A stretch of DNA of 35,769 nt from an uncultured Dehalococcoidales bacterium (GTDB lineage: Bacteria > Chloroflexota > Dehalococcoidia > Dehalococcoidales > UBA5627). Positions 1-10,664 of this stretch are shown piece by piece (the stretch's first letter is position 1; every line of letters begins with the position of its first letter). A model generated the notes under the pieces. It saw only the letters and a program-made list of their open reading frames with translations, was not told where the DNA came from and ran no database searches. The DNA is taken from positions 1 to 35,769 of the forward strand of contig CAZJVO010000003.1 in the NCBI GenBank assembly GCA_964549815.1, written 5' to 3'. Made by a program: the position numbers and the translations under genes.

Positions 1-1232
1 TCAAAGACGGGCATTTCTATATCAGCACGCCCAATACATTCGTTGCTGAATACCTAGAAAAGAACCAGCGCTCCCTCATCGAAAAGACATTAATCGGGCT
101 GATTAAAAGCAAGGTGGTGGCTCATTTCCAGGTTAACTCAATCGAACCGGAACCCACCGACGGATATGCCTACCGCGAAACGCCACAGGCCATAGATTCC
201 CAGACTTCCGGTTTCAATCCCAAATATACATTCGAGTCTTTTATTGTGGGCAGTTCCAACCGCCTGGCGTATGCCGCGGCACAGGCAGCCGCTCAGAACC
301 CTGGCGAGGGATACAACCCTCTCTTTATTTACGGCGGTTCGGGGCTGGGTAAAACGCATCTGCTACAGGCCATCGGGCATGCCCTTAAAGCGAAAAGTGC
401 CAGCGTGCTTTACGTAAGCGGAGAACAATTCACCAATGAATTTATAGATGCCATACGCCACAAGAGAACCGACGAATTCCGTAATAAATATCGTAGCGTG
501 GATGCCCTGATGGTGGACGACATCCAGTTTATCAGCGGCAAAGAGCAAACAGAGGAAAGCTTCTTCCATACCTTCAACGAATTACATAATTCCAATCGGC
601 AAATAGTGGTAACCAGCGATAAACTGCCGCAGTCGTTGCCCGGTATGGAAGAGCGGCTGCGCTCCCGCTTCGAGTGGGGATTGACAGTCGACATCCAGCC
701 GCCCGACCTGGAAACACGACTGGCTATACTGCAATCCAAGGCTGAACAGGCGAAAACTGAAGTGTCTCTCGACGTACTGGAACTCATAGCCCAGCAGGCG
801 CGCAGGAACATCAGGGAGCTTGAAGGGAGCCTCAACCGTATCATCGCTTATGCTAAACTGCTGAGGTCTCAAATTACACCTGAAATGGCGACGCGGGCAC
901 TGACCAATATCAACAGTAAAAGTGTTCCCGGCGGGCAGGTAACACCCGTAAAACTGCTCAATACCGTTGCCGAATGCTTTCAACTGGACCCCGAAATAAT
1001 CCTCGGTCCCAGAAGGGATAAAGAGATTGCTCAGGCACGACAGGTCACCATGTACCTGTTAAAACAACAAGCCGATTACTCCCTGTCCGAAATCGGTAAG
1101 TTCGTCGGCGGCAGGAATCCCTCTACGGTGAGCCATGCCTGTGAAAAAATAGCTCAGGATATAGACAACAGCCCAGTTCTCAAACGCAAAGTGCTGGAGA
1201 TACAATCGTCACTCAAAACCCAACTCAAATAA
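1..1232 (+). CDS. dnaA: Chromosomal replication initiator DnaA (5'-truncated by window edge)
   Basis: Frame is open from base 3 (domain I-like PNTFVAEYLEKN). Has YNPLFIYGGSGLGKTHL Walker A, LMVDDIQF Walker B, FFHTFN, RLRSRFEWGL, NIRELEG and a C-terminal HTH. The 114 start in the ORF track is internal. Confidence 0.98.
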   Translation, partial: KDGHFYISTPNTFVAEYLEKNQRSLIEKTLIGLIKSKVVAHFQVNSIEPEPTDGYAYRETPQAIDSQTSGFNPKYTFESFIVGSSNRLAYAAAQAAAQNPGEGYNPLFIYGGSGLGKTHLLQAIGHALKAKSASVLYVSGEQFTNEFIDAIRHKRTDEFRNKYRSVDALMVDDIQFISGKEQTEESFFHTFNELHNSNRQIVVTSDKLPQSLPGMEERLRSRFEWGLTVDIQPPDLETRLAILQSKAEQAKTEVSLDVLELIAQQARRNIRELEGSLNRIIAYAKLLRSQITPEMATRALTNINSKSVPGGQVTPVKLLNTVAECFQLDPEIILGPRRDKEIAQARQVTMYLLKQQADYSLSEIGKFVGGRNPSTVSHACEKIAQDIDNSPVLKRKVLEIQSSLKTQLK

Positions 1233-1760
1233 TTTTCTTTTAGTTTAAACCAGTTTCAATTTCACATTCTGCGCCCATCAATCATTGCCGCTTCTAATTC
1301 TCCTTATAAATTGCACTCATTAAACGCAAAAGATATGCAAAAAGACCACCCTCTATTAAATCCTGGTGAATTAATGACATATCCAATTATCATAGCAATT
1401 CCTGTAAAGAGGTGAGATTCACAAAGCTTTATCATAAAATGCCGTTATTTTTGCCTTTCTTTTTCATAAACAGCAGCTCTTTTTCGATAACCTGAAACGG
1501 CTTTCGATAAGCCCAAAACAACCAAAGCTGCAATCCTGTATCATTGCCCAAAATAAATCTGGCAGCGTTTAAACATGCATAGCTGAGATATTACTGTTAT
1601 TAAAATAGATAAACAATATATGATTTTTATATTGTTATTTATAATAATCATAAGGTTTGAGTAATCCATTACACCAAAGATGAGGTCTGTAGAATATCAG
1701 AAAGCAGGGATTAAGATAAAAAGGTTTTTTGTAACATCTGATTTATAATATGATATATAC
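1233..1760. other. Candidate oriC
   Basis: Long non-coding region right after dnaA. TTTCGATAA (=TTATCGAAA on minus strand) at 1482-1490 and 1502-1510, degenerate copies at 1387, 1429 and 1462, and a very AT-rich DUE-like tract at about 1590-1655. Confidence 0.75.
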
Positions 1761-1817
1761 TTATATGTGACGGATTAAATATCGGCTATCAATACGGTCA
1801 TTCGAGGATGGTGATAT

Positions 1818-2180
1818 ATGGCGGAAAAGGAAAATGCCCATGGAATAAATGTGATGAAATACGCCAGGGAGCATGAAGTCTATATAAGAAGTTGTCTGGA
1901 AGGGGATTGTGATAGAAGGGAACTGGCACGTTATCACAATATAAAAATCCAGTGGCTGCAGCACGAGAGGATGATTCATCTCCTGGTGACGATGCTCTTT
2001 ACCCTCATCTTTATGTTTCTGTTCGGGCTCTGGATGTTCTTCCCCGAAAGCTGGCTAATCCTGATTCCGCTGGTGATAGTTATCGCCTTGCTTTGTGCCT
2101 ACATACTCCACTATTTTAAACTGGAAAATACGGTGCAGAGCTGGTATAAATTGTATGACGAGATAGACAAGAGGGCTTAA
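1818..2180 (+). CDS. Hypothetical membrane protein (two TM helices)
   Basis: 120-aa ORF with GAGG/GGTGA upstream; LQHERMIHLLVT followed by two hydrophobic stretches. Confidence 0.75.
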   Translation: MAEKENAHGINVMKYAREHEVYIRSCLEGDCDRRELARYHNIKIQWLQHERMIHLLVTMLFTLIFMFLFGLWMFFPESWLILIPLVIVIALLCAYILHYFKLENTVQSWYKLYDEIDKRA

Positions 2181-2258
2181 AGGGTTGATGCAATCTGGTA
2201 TTATTAGATTACAGGGATATTGAAAGATGATTTAGAATGGGGTGAAGAAGAATAAAAT

Positions 2259-3527
2259 ATGTTTGATAGAGTGGAGATAATAGTAAAAGCCGGAGCTGGT
2301 GGCGATGGCGTTGTCAGTTTCCGCAGGGAGAAGTTCGTTCCGCTGGGTGGCCCGGATGGCGGTGATGGGGGCAGGGGGGGCAATGTAATTATCCGTGCGG
2401 ATGATGATATCAGCAACCTTAAGTTTTATCGCCAGAATCGGGTCTACAGTGCTCAGGACGGCAAACATGGCTCAGGCAAGCGAAAATCGGGTAAAAGCGG
2501 AGCCGATTTGATATTGAAGGTACCCCCGGGCACTATAGTCTCGGAAAAAGCAGTAATCGGCAGGGATATAATCCTTGCCGATTTGAAGGAAAAGGGGCAG
2601 GAGGTAGTAGCAGCGGTAGGAGGGGAGGGGGGATTGGGAAATACCCACTTTGCTTCGTCGGTTAACCAGTCTCCGGTGCTGGCGCAAAAGGGAGAGGCGG
2701 GTGAGAAAAAAAATATTATTCTGGAGTTGAAGCTGATAGCGGATGTCGGCATAGTGGGTTATCCCAATGTCGGGAAGTCATCTCTGGTATCGGCAGCTTC
2801 CGCTGCCAGACCCAAAATTGCCGATTACCCTTTTACAACACTGGAGCCGGTGCTGGGAACGGTCATCGTTGGGCACCGCAGTTTTGTCGTGGCGGAGATT
2901 CCTGGCTTGATTGCCAAAGCCAGCCTGGGGAAGGGATTAGGGCACGATTTTCTGAGACACGTTGTCAGAACCAGAATTCTTATACACCTTTTAGATGGAG
3001 ACGCCGTATCTCCAGTCGATGATATGATACAGGTTAACAATGAACTCAGCATCTTCGATTCTGCGCTGATTAAGAAGCCTCAGATTGTGGTGGTCAACAA
3101 AGTAGATTTGCCGCAGGTCAGGGAGCGTATGGGAGAGATTCGGGGTATATTTGCCGGCGTAGGCATAAATGTCCATTTCATCTCTGCTTTTACTGGCGAA
3201 GGGGTTTCCGAGTTGATGGCTGAGGTATTGAAAGAGCTTGACGGCATGAAACCACAGGAGGAGATTCCGCTTGCCGACGGTTCTTTCGCCGTATTTCATC
3301 CCCAGCCGAAGGGAGACAATATCAGGGTGGTGCGTGATGGGGATGTCCTGGTTATAGAGAATGATAGCCTCGAGCGTATTATTGCCGGCACAGATGCCTC
3401 CAATGCAGAGGCTAAACGTCAACTTATCGGGCTGGTAAGCCGTCCCCATATCAGAAAGGCTCTGGAAAAAGCCGGCGCCAAACCCGGAGATAGAGTGCGC
3501 TGCGGCAATTTCGAGTGGTGGTGGTAG
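2259..3527 (+). CDS. obgE: GTPase ObgE/CgtA with C-terminal OCT domain
   Basis: Gly-rich N-terminus (FRREKFVPLGGPDGGDGGRGG), GYPNVGKSS, YPFTT, NKVD and ISA motifs. Confidence 0.97.
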   Translation: MFDRVEIIVKAGAGGDGVVSFRREKFVPLGGPDGGDGGRGGNVIIRADDDISNLKFYRQNRVYSAQDGKHGSGKRKSGKSGADLILKVPPGTIVSEKAVIGRDIILADLKEKGQEVVAAVGGEGGLGNTHFASSVNQSPVLAQKGEAGEKKNIILELKLIADVGIVGYPNVGKSSLVSAASAARPKIADYPFTTLEPVLGTVIVGHRSFVVAEIPGLIAKASLGKGLGHDFLRHVVRTRILIHLLDGDAVSPVDDMIQVNNELSIFDSALIKKPQIVVVNKVDLPQVRERMGEIRGIFAGVGINVHFISAFTGEGVSELMAEVLKELDGMKPQEEIPLADGSFAVFHPQPKGDNIRVVRDGDVLVIENDSLERIIAGTDASNAEAKRQLIGLVSRPHIRKALEKAGAKPGDRVRCGNFEWWW

Positions 3528-3531
3528 CAAG

Positions 3532-4149
3532 TTGAAGCTGGGAGTTCTTGGCGGGACCTTTGACCCCATCCATAATGGGCATATCATGATGGCTGAGGAG
3601 GCCTCTGCTTATCTTGGTCTCGATGAGGTAATCTTTATTCCTGCCGGACAGCCGCGGTTTAAGGAGGGAGAACCGGTTACCGAAGCGGCACACCGCCTTC
3701 GTATGGTTGAACTGGCTATCGAAGGGAAGCCCTCATTTCGATTATCCGCTATGGAAATCGAGAGGGGAGGGGTAACATATACCGTCGACACTTTAAGGGA
3801 GTTAAAAAGACGCCTGAAGCCGCAGGATGAGCTCTACTTTATTATGGGGTGGGACAGTTTGCAGGAACTTTCATTGTGGCACAGCCCCTCGGAATTGATA
3901 TCTCTCTGCAAACTGGCTGTCGTTCCGCGGCCTGGTTTCCCAAAACCGGATTTAGCTCTTTTGGAGGAACAGATTGCCGGATTGAAGCAGCGGGTAATCA
4001 TGCTGGATAAGCCTGTAATTCAAATATCCTCTTCCGAAATAAGGGAAAAAATCAAAAACGGGATAGGTATCAGTGGGCTGGTGCCCGATGCCGTCGCCGA
4101 TTATATATACGCGCACGATTTGTACAGAGAAAACAAGCCTTCCGTATAA
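3532..4149 (+). CDS. nadD: Nicotinate-nucleotide adenylyltransferase
   Basis: GGTFDPIHNGH, TYTVDTL, FIMGWD and ISSSEIR motifs; TTG start 4 nt after obgE. Confidence 0.96.
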   Translation: MKLGVLGGTFDPIHNGHIMMAEEASAYLGLDEVIFIPAGQPRFKEGEPVTEAAHRLRMVELAIEGKPSFRLSAMEIERGGVTYTVDTLRELKRRLKPQDELYFIMGWDSLQELSLWHSPSELISLCKLAVVPRPGFPKPDLALLEEQIAGLKQRVIMLDKPVIQISSSEIREKIKNGIGISGLVPDAVADYIYAHDLYRENKPSV

Positions 4150-4444
4150 TCAACCTTTGTTGACCGTTTATAGAGTGGATATTGCAGGGGCAACCATCGG
4201 TTGTCCGTCATTTCCCAAAATAAGATATCGTATTAAATCCCCTCTACCCCCTCTTTTCCAAAGCGGTCTAATAACCGAAATATCTATCGGATTTTCAAAT
4301 GGTGTATAGATCCTTTCCCGATATGTTGGGATGAAGGATGATAGTATTATGGGTGTCTCCTCGTACTTCGCAAGCGGTGAGCGCAAACATGAATAAGAGC
4401 CTATCGAGGTGACTGAGCGAGGGAATAACAGGTTTTGATAAATC

Positions 4445-6457
<2,013 letters not shown>

Positions 6458-6587
6458 TTATCAACCAGATTTAATTATACCATAGTATCGCGGCGGTGGT
6501 AAAACTTTTAAAGCTAAATGGTACTTAACCCTTAGAAAACAGTTGCTAGCCTCTCCTCTATGCAGAGCAGATTATATCAAAAGAAAA

Positions 6588-6615
6588 ATAAGAGGAGTCG
6601 AACGACTCCTCTTAT
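6588..6615 (-). terminator. Intrinsic terminator
   Basis: Perfect inverted repeat ATAAGAGGAGTCG-AA-CGACTCCTCTTAT followed by a T-run on the minus strand, just past the 6637 stop. Confidence 0.85.
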
Positions 6616-6636
6616 CGATTTTCGGTACACCCGTTC

Positions 6637-6852
6637 CTATTTACCTTCATCCAGGGCTTCCTGAATGTCTTTAGCCATCTTTAAAAAGACTTTTCTCAGC
6701 CGTTTCATAACTTCTTCGGCAGCCTTTTCACCTGCTAGTCTGGCTTCTTCAGCGGCTTTCCTGGCGTCTGCTGCTGCAGATTCGATATCATCCAGCAACA
6801 TCGGTAAAGGGGTATCCATTATATCATGTTTCTTTTCAGTTTCCTTTGGCAT
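6637..6852 (-). CDS. Small Ala/Glu-rich helical hypothetical protein
   Basis: 71 aa, strong AAGGAGG RBS, coiled-coil-like composition. Confidence 0.85.
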   Translation of the reverse strand: MPKETEKKHDIMDTPLPMLLDDIESAAADARKAAEEARLAGEKAAEEVMKRLRKVFLKMAKDIQEALDEGK

Positions 6853-6903
6853 TTTTCCTCCTTAATGCTCTATTTTAAGTGCTACCCGGGGTTTGTCAGG
6901 GCT

Positions 6904-7287
6904 TTAAAGAGCAGACATTAGAGCAACTGCCAGAAAGGCTGCCCCGAAAACAAGAGCCAGTATCAAAACGATTGCCGTAACGGCCCATTCACTCTGTGAA
7001 AGCTTCTTGATTACCGCTTTTACCAGCGCTTCTTCGGCTTTAGCCAGTGCTTCCTCTGCTTTCCTCTGTGCTTCCTGGGCTATCCTCTCCCCTGATTCCC
7101 TGGAATCTTTGGCTGCAGCAATGGCATCCGCTGCAGACCTTGCTGCCAGCCTGGCTGATTCCTGGGCTTCTCTTGAGGCTAAGATTGCTGACCTGATATG
7201 TTCATCCAGATCATCCAGTATCTTTGGAAGCGGTTTAACAAGAACTTTGGCGCCCGATTCTTCAGTTTGCATGACATCTTCTTCCAT
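6904..7287 (-). CDS. Ala-rich coiled-coil protein with C-terminal TM anchor
   Basis: 127 aa, AAGGAGG RBS, hydrophobic C-terminus; shares a PLPxxLDD motif with the downstream ORF. Confidence 0.85.
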   Translation of the reverse strand: MEEDVMQTEESGAKVLVKPLPKILDDLDEHIRSAILASREAQESARLAARSAADAIAAAKDSRESGERIAQEAQRKAEEALAKAEEALVKAVIKKLSQSEWAVTAIVLILALVFGAAFLAVALMSAL

Positions 7288-7720
7288 AATGCCCTCCTTT
7301 TCAGAACAATACTCCCTTAGCGTTGTTGCACAACGTTAATTTTCGAAGACATAAAGAGCAAACATCATATATTTTTATACACTAAAACTAAGTTTAATAC
7401 TGGCAGGTCAGGTAATCAATAGGTTTTTGTGGGTTAACAGAGGATTTTTAAAAATATTTATCTTATATTTATATCTTTGCGTTGGGCCTGGGGGATGATA
7501 TCCCTCTTATCTTTCCGATAAGGAGATAGATTCAATTTTGCCGCAGGACTGGAAGATGCACGGGGCAAGCGTAGCTTGATAAGTTAATATCCTGATGTGA
7601 AGCCGAGTGTGTTTTATCTTCCCGAACTTAATATATCAACCCCCGGTTGCGGGAAGTTTATCTGATGCTTCGATGTAGATGCAATACGGGGCAGTTTTAT
7701 ACATTATCAGGAGGGGAATC

Positions 7721-7796
7721 TGGTACCCCCAAGCGGATTCGAACCGCTGTTGCCGGCGTGAAAGGCCAGTGTCCTGGGCCTCTAGACGATGGGGGC
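7721..7796 (-). tRNA. tRNA-Glu (TTC)
   Basis: 76 nt cloverleaf GCCCCCA...CTGGC-CTTTCAC-GCCGG...GGTTCGAATCC...TGGGGGTACCA with encoded CCA. Confidence 0.97.
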
Positions 7797-7805
7797 ACTT
7801 AACTA

Positions 7806-7835
7806 AGTATATCAAAAGGGCTGCCTGGTTTTCAA
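7806..7835 (-). promoter_or_regulatory. Sigma70-type promoter for tRNA-Glu
   Basis: TTGAAA-N18-TATACT with TGn extension, about 10 nt upstream of the tRNA. Confidence 0.6.
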
Positions 7836-8110
7836 CGTTACTGGCTGACCGACTCTGGCGTAACGTTAAGCCGTATTCTATCCCGGTGTATGATGGCAGG
7901 GCTTTATCCACCTTCTTAATATGGCTGTTTACATACCTTTTCAATATTAAACCTGCAAAAATGTTGCGGTAACCCCTGCTCCTGCTTGCCTGAAATCCAC
8001 TCGATATCAGAGCAGAGTTCAATCACAGGGAATGATACTTGATAAGAGTTGATAAACCGATGTAATATTAAAAAATCGATAAATAAATCACATCGGTAGG
8101 GGATATACTA

Positions 8111-8950
8111 TTGAACAGAGTAAATATTGTTCCGATGGCAACTCGATGCAGGGATACTGTTTTTGAATGGGGCAGGCGTACCTATGTAATGGGCATCGTC
8201 AACGTTACCCCTGATTCCTTTTCTGGAGATGGCTTAAACAATCTCGATTCTGCAATCGCACAGGCAAAACGATTTGTCGACGAGGGTGCAGATATTATTG
8301 ATGTCGGCGGGGAATCGACCAGGCCCGATTCACAGCCGGTATCCGCCGAAGAAGAAATAAGCAGAGTTATTCCGGTCATAGAGGCCTTATCCCATGAGCT
8401 ATCTGTTCCGATAAGCATAGATACCTATAAGTCGGCTGTAGCCCGCTGTGCCGTTAAAGCCGGAGCTAATATTATTAATGATGTATGGGGATTGCAGAAA
8501 TCGCCAGAACTGGTAATAATTGCAGCAGAGGCAAAAATTCCGATAATCATAACCAGCAACCAGAGGACTAACCCCTGTAAAGATATTATGGCAGGGATTA
8601 TCTCAGACCTCAGAGAGAAAATTGGGATGTTGGAAGAGGGTGGGGTTATATCGGAAAATATTATAATCGACCCCGGTATCGGTTTCGGTAAAACGCCGGA
8701 GCAGAATCTGGAAATCATCAGGAGGCTTGCCGAACTTAAGACCATTGGAAAGCCGATTTTACTCGGTACTTCTCGCAAGTCTTTTATCGGTGAGGTACTG
8801 GGACTACCTGCGCAGGATCGGATGGAAGGGACGGCGGCAACGGTGGCCATCGGCATCGCCAGCGGTGCCGATATTATAAGAGTTCACGATGTTAAGCAAA
8901 TGGTGCGGGTATGCCGCATGAGCGATGCTATTATACGTAGAAAGGAATAA
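8111..8950 (+). CDS. folP: Dihydropteroate synthase (start may be ATG at 8135)
   Basis: MGIVNVTPDSFS, DVGGESTRP, ISIDT, IINDV, DPGIGFGK, SRKSFI and IRVHDV motifs. Confidence 0.97.
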   Translation: MNRVNIVPMATRCRDTVFEWGRRTYVMGIVNVTPDSFSGDGLNNLDSAIAQAKRFVDEGADIIDVGGESTRPDSQPVSAEEEISRVIPVIEALSHELSVPISIDTYKSAVARCAVKAGANIINDVWGLQKSPELVIIAAEAKIPIIITSNQRTNPCKDIMAGIISDLREKIGMLEEGGVISENIIIDPGIGFGKTPEQNLEIIRRLAELKTIGKPILLGTSRKSFIGEVLGLPAQDRMEGTAATVAIGIASGADIIRVHDVKQMVRVCRMSDAIIRRKE

Positions 8951-8957
8951 CAAATAA

Positions 8958-9461
8958 ATGGCAGCAATGCAATATACGACAGTCTATTTGGGATTGGGGT
9001 CCAATCTGGGAGACCGCAAGGATAATCTGGAGAAAGCTATCGAATATCTTTCTCAGAGGATGCGTATAACTGCGAAATCTTCGATATATGATACCGAGGC
9101 GATGGAAAACCGCGAACAGCCGCGCTTTTTGAACATGGTTTGCCAGGTACAAACCATATTTAAGCCGCAGGATATTTTAGTACTGGCAAAGTCTATTGAA
9201 CGTAAAATGGGGCGCCAGCCCAATTCCCATAACGCACCTCGCCCTATCGATATCGACATTCTGTTTTACGGTGATGAGATAATAGAAACTCCCGAGCTGA
9301 CTATCCCGCATGCTTCTTTGCCAAACCGTGCATTTGCCCTGGTACCCATGGCGGAAATAGCCCCCGACCTGGTGCATCCGGTAATCAAGAAAACCATTAG
9401 CACCATGTTAAAAGAGCTCGAAAACGGTATTCAGGGCGTTATGAAGCTAAACTGTCCATAG
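8958..9461 (+). CDS. folK: 6-hydroxymethyl-7,8-dihydropterin pyrophosphokinase
   Basis: YLGLGSNLG, FLN, PRPIDIDIL, LTIPH and RAFALVP motifs. Confidence 0.96.
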   Translation: MAAMQYTTVYLGLGSNLGDRKDNLEKAIEYLSQRMRITAKSSIYDTEAMENREQPRFLNMVCQVQTIFKPQDILVLAKSIERKMGRQPNSHNAPRPIDIDILFYGDEIIETPELTIPHASLPNRAFALVPMAEIAPDLVHPVIKKTISTMLKELENGIQGVMKLNCP

Positions 9462-9509
9462 GGGCAAGGGCATTATATTTAAAATGGATACAATAAATAA
9501 CAAGTCGAT

Positions 9510-9585
9510 GACGCTTCCTTCGACGAGCTCTGCAACTGTCTTATTGTCATTCCGGAGTCCCGACCTATCGGGACGAAGCATGACA
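9510..9585. repeat. REP-like hairpin remnants
   Basis: CGCTTCCTTCGACGAGCTC nearly matches the reverse complement of the stretch at about 30324-30342; palindrome GTCCCGACCTATCGGGAC at 9557-9574. Confidence 0.7.
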
Positions 9586-9682
9586 TTTGGAATTTCGTTC
9601 GCCCTGAATCCCGGATTAATTGGCAATGGTCTAAAAGTCAGAGCAAACAAAATTGATTTAAATAAAATAAAAGGATTAAGAA

Positions 9683-10054
9683 ATGTATAAATTATCCGTA
9701 GAACAGCACTTCGATGCCGCCCATGCCCTGAGGGGATACAGGGGAAAATGTGAGAATCTACATGGTCATCGCTTTCAGGTAAAGGTCAAGGTAACGGCTT
9801 CGCAGCTCGACGATATCGGGCTGGCATTCGATTTTACTGAATTGAAGCGGATGTTGAAATCAATCCTCGACAAATTCGACCATGCCAATCTTAATGAAAC
9901 CCCGCCCTTCGATAAAATTAATCCGTCTTCGGAAAATATCGCTCGTACTGTCTACGAGGCTATGAAAATCGAGTTAAAGGATGCCCCTGTCAGGTTGACT
10001 GCCGTCAAGGTGTGGGAATCGCCGGAAAATGCGGTGGAGTACCGGGAGGGGTAA
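9683..10054 (+). CDS. queD: 6-carboxytetrahydropterin synthase / PTPS family (CExxHGH type)
   Basis: FDAAH, CENLHGH, DFxELK, FDHANLN, NPSSENIA and VWES motifs. Confidence 0.93.
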   Translation: MYKLSVEQHFDAAHALRGYRGKCENLHGHRFQVKVKVTASQLDDIGLAFDFTELKRMLKSILDKFDHANLNETPPFDKINPSSENIARTVYEAMKIELKDAPVRLTAVKVWESPENAVEYREG

Positions 10055-10068
10055 GATTATAGCAGGTG

Positions 10069-10644
10069 TTAATTCCTTTTTTTAAATTCCTTAATTTTCT
10101 GTCTTAACTGAACACTAGTTATCCCTTGAGCACATACTTTAAAAATTTGCTCGAGTAGATATTTGTCTTTATAAATATCTTTGAATTTTAATATTTCATA
10201 CCACTGATTAAAAGTGGCATTTTTAATAACATTTTGATCTTGTTTACCGAGAAGATACATGGTTTCAGGATATCTTTTTGCTTCGGTAGGGTTCTTTTTT
10301 GCACCGCCAAATAGATCTGGATAAAGATCGTATGCCATCCTGTGCCAGATAAGGCCCCTTCTGTCGGTAAAGCCTTTGCTATCTACAAGTTGAAGCACCT
10401 TGCCTACTTCATAACAATACCCTATATCCTTTACTTTTTCAGGGTATTTTATAGTTAGAGCATTGATCTCTTTTAACATGTATTGTATTGTTTTTTCTAT
10501 CTCTTCTTCTATTAGTAATTCCTCAATGCTTTCAAGTTCTTTCCCACTGCCCAATGTAACTTTCGCATCGAACGTATCAACCTCTATCTCTTTTCCGCCT
10601 ATAACTAATTTCTCTTTTCTTAATATTCCTTTTTTATCTGCCAT
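10069..10644 (-). CDS. Hypothetical protein, C-terminal part resembling the DUF1016 (YhcG) N-terminal helical domain
   Basis: 191 aa, AT-rich, AAGGA RBS. YEVGKVL, TFNQWYEILKFKD and GITSVQLRQKI resemble by eye the YWxIG, LSWSHYxxLL and WSVRxLxxQI blocks of DUF1016_N. Confidence 0.6.
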   Translation of the reverse strand: MADKKGILRKEKLVIGGKEIEVDTFDAKVTLGSGKELESIEELLIEEEIEKTIQYMLKEINALTIKYPEKVKDIGYCYEVGKVLQLVDSKGFTDRRGLIWHRMAYDLYPDLFGGAKKNPTEAKRYPETMYLLGKQDQNVIKNATFNQWYEILKFKDIYKDKYLLEQIFKVCAQGITSVQLRQKIKEFKKRN

Positions 10645-10664
10645 TTTTTAATTTCCTTTTGTTT

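Noticed and set aside
7636-8022. ORFs on both strands (128 and 97 aa)
   Set aside because: They overlap tRNA-Glu and its promoter.
9484-9690. 68-aa ORF between folK and queD
   Set aside because: Runs through REP-like palindromes and has no FolB-like or other motif.
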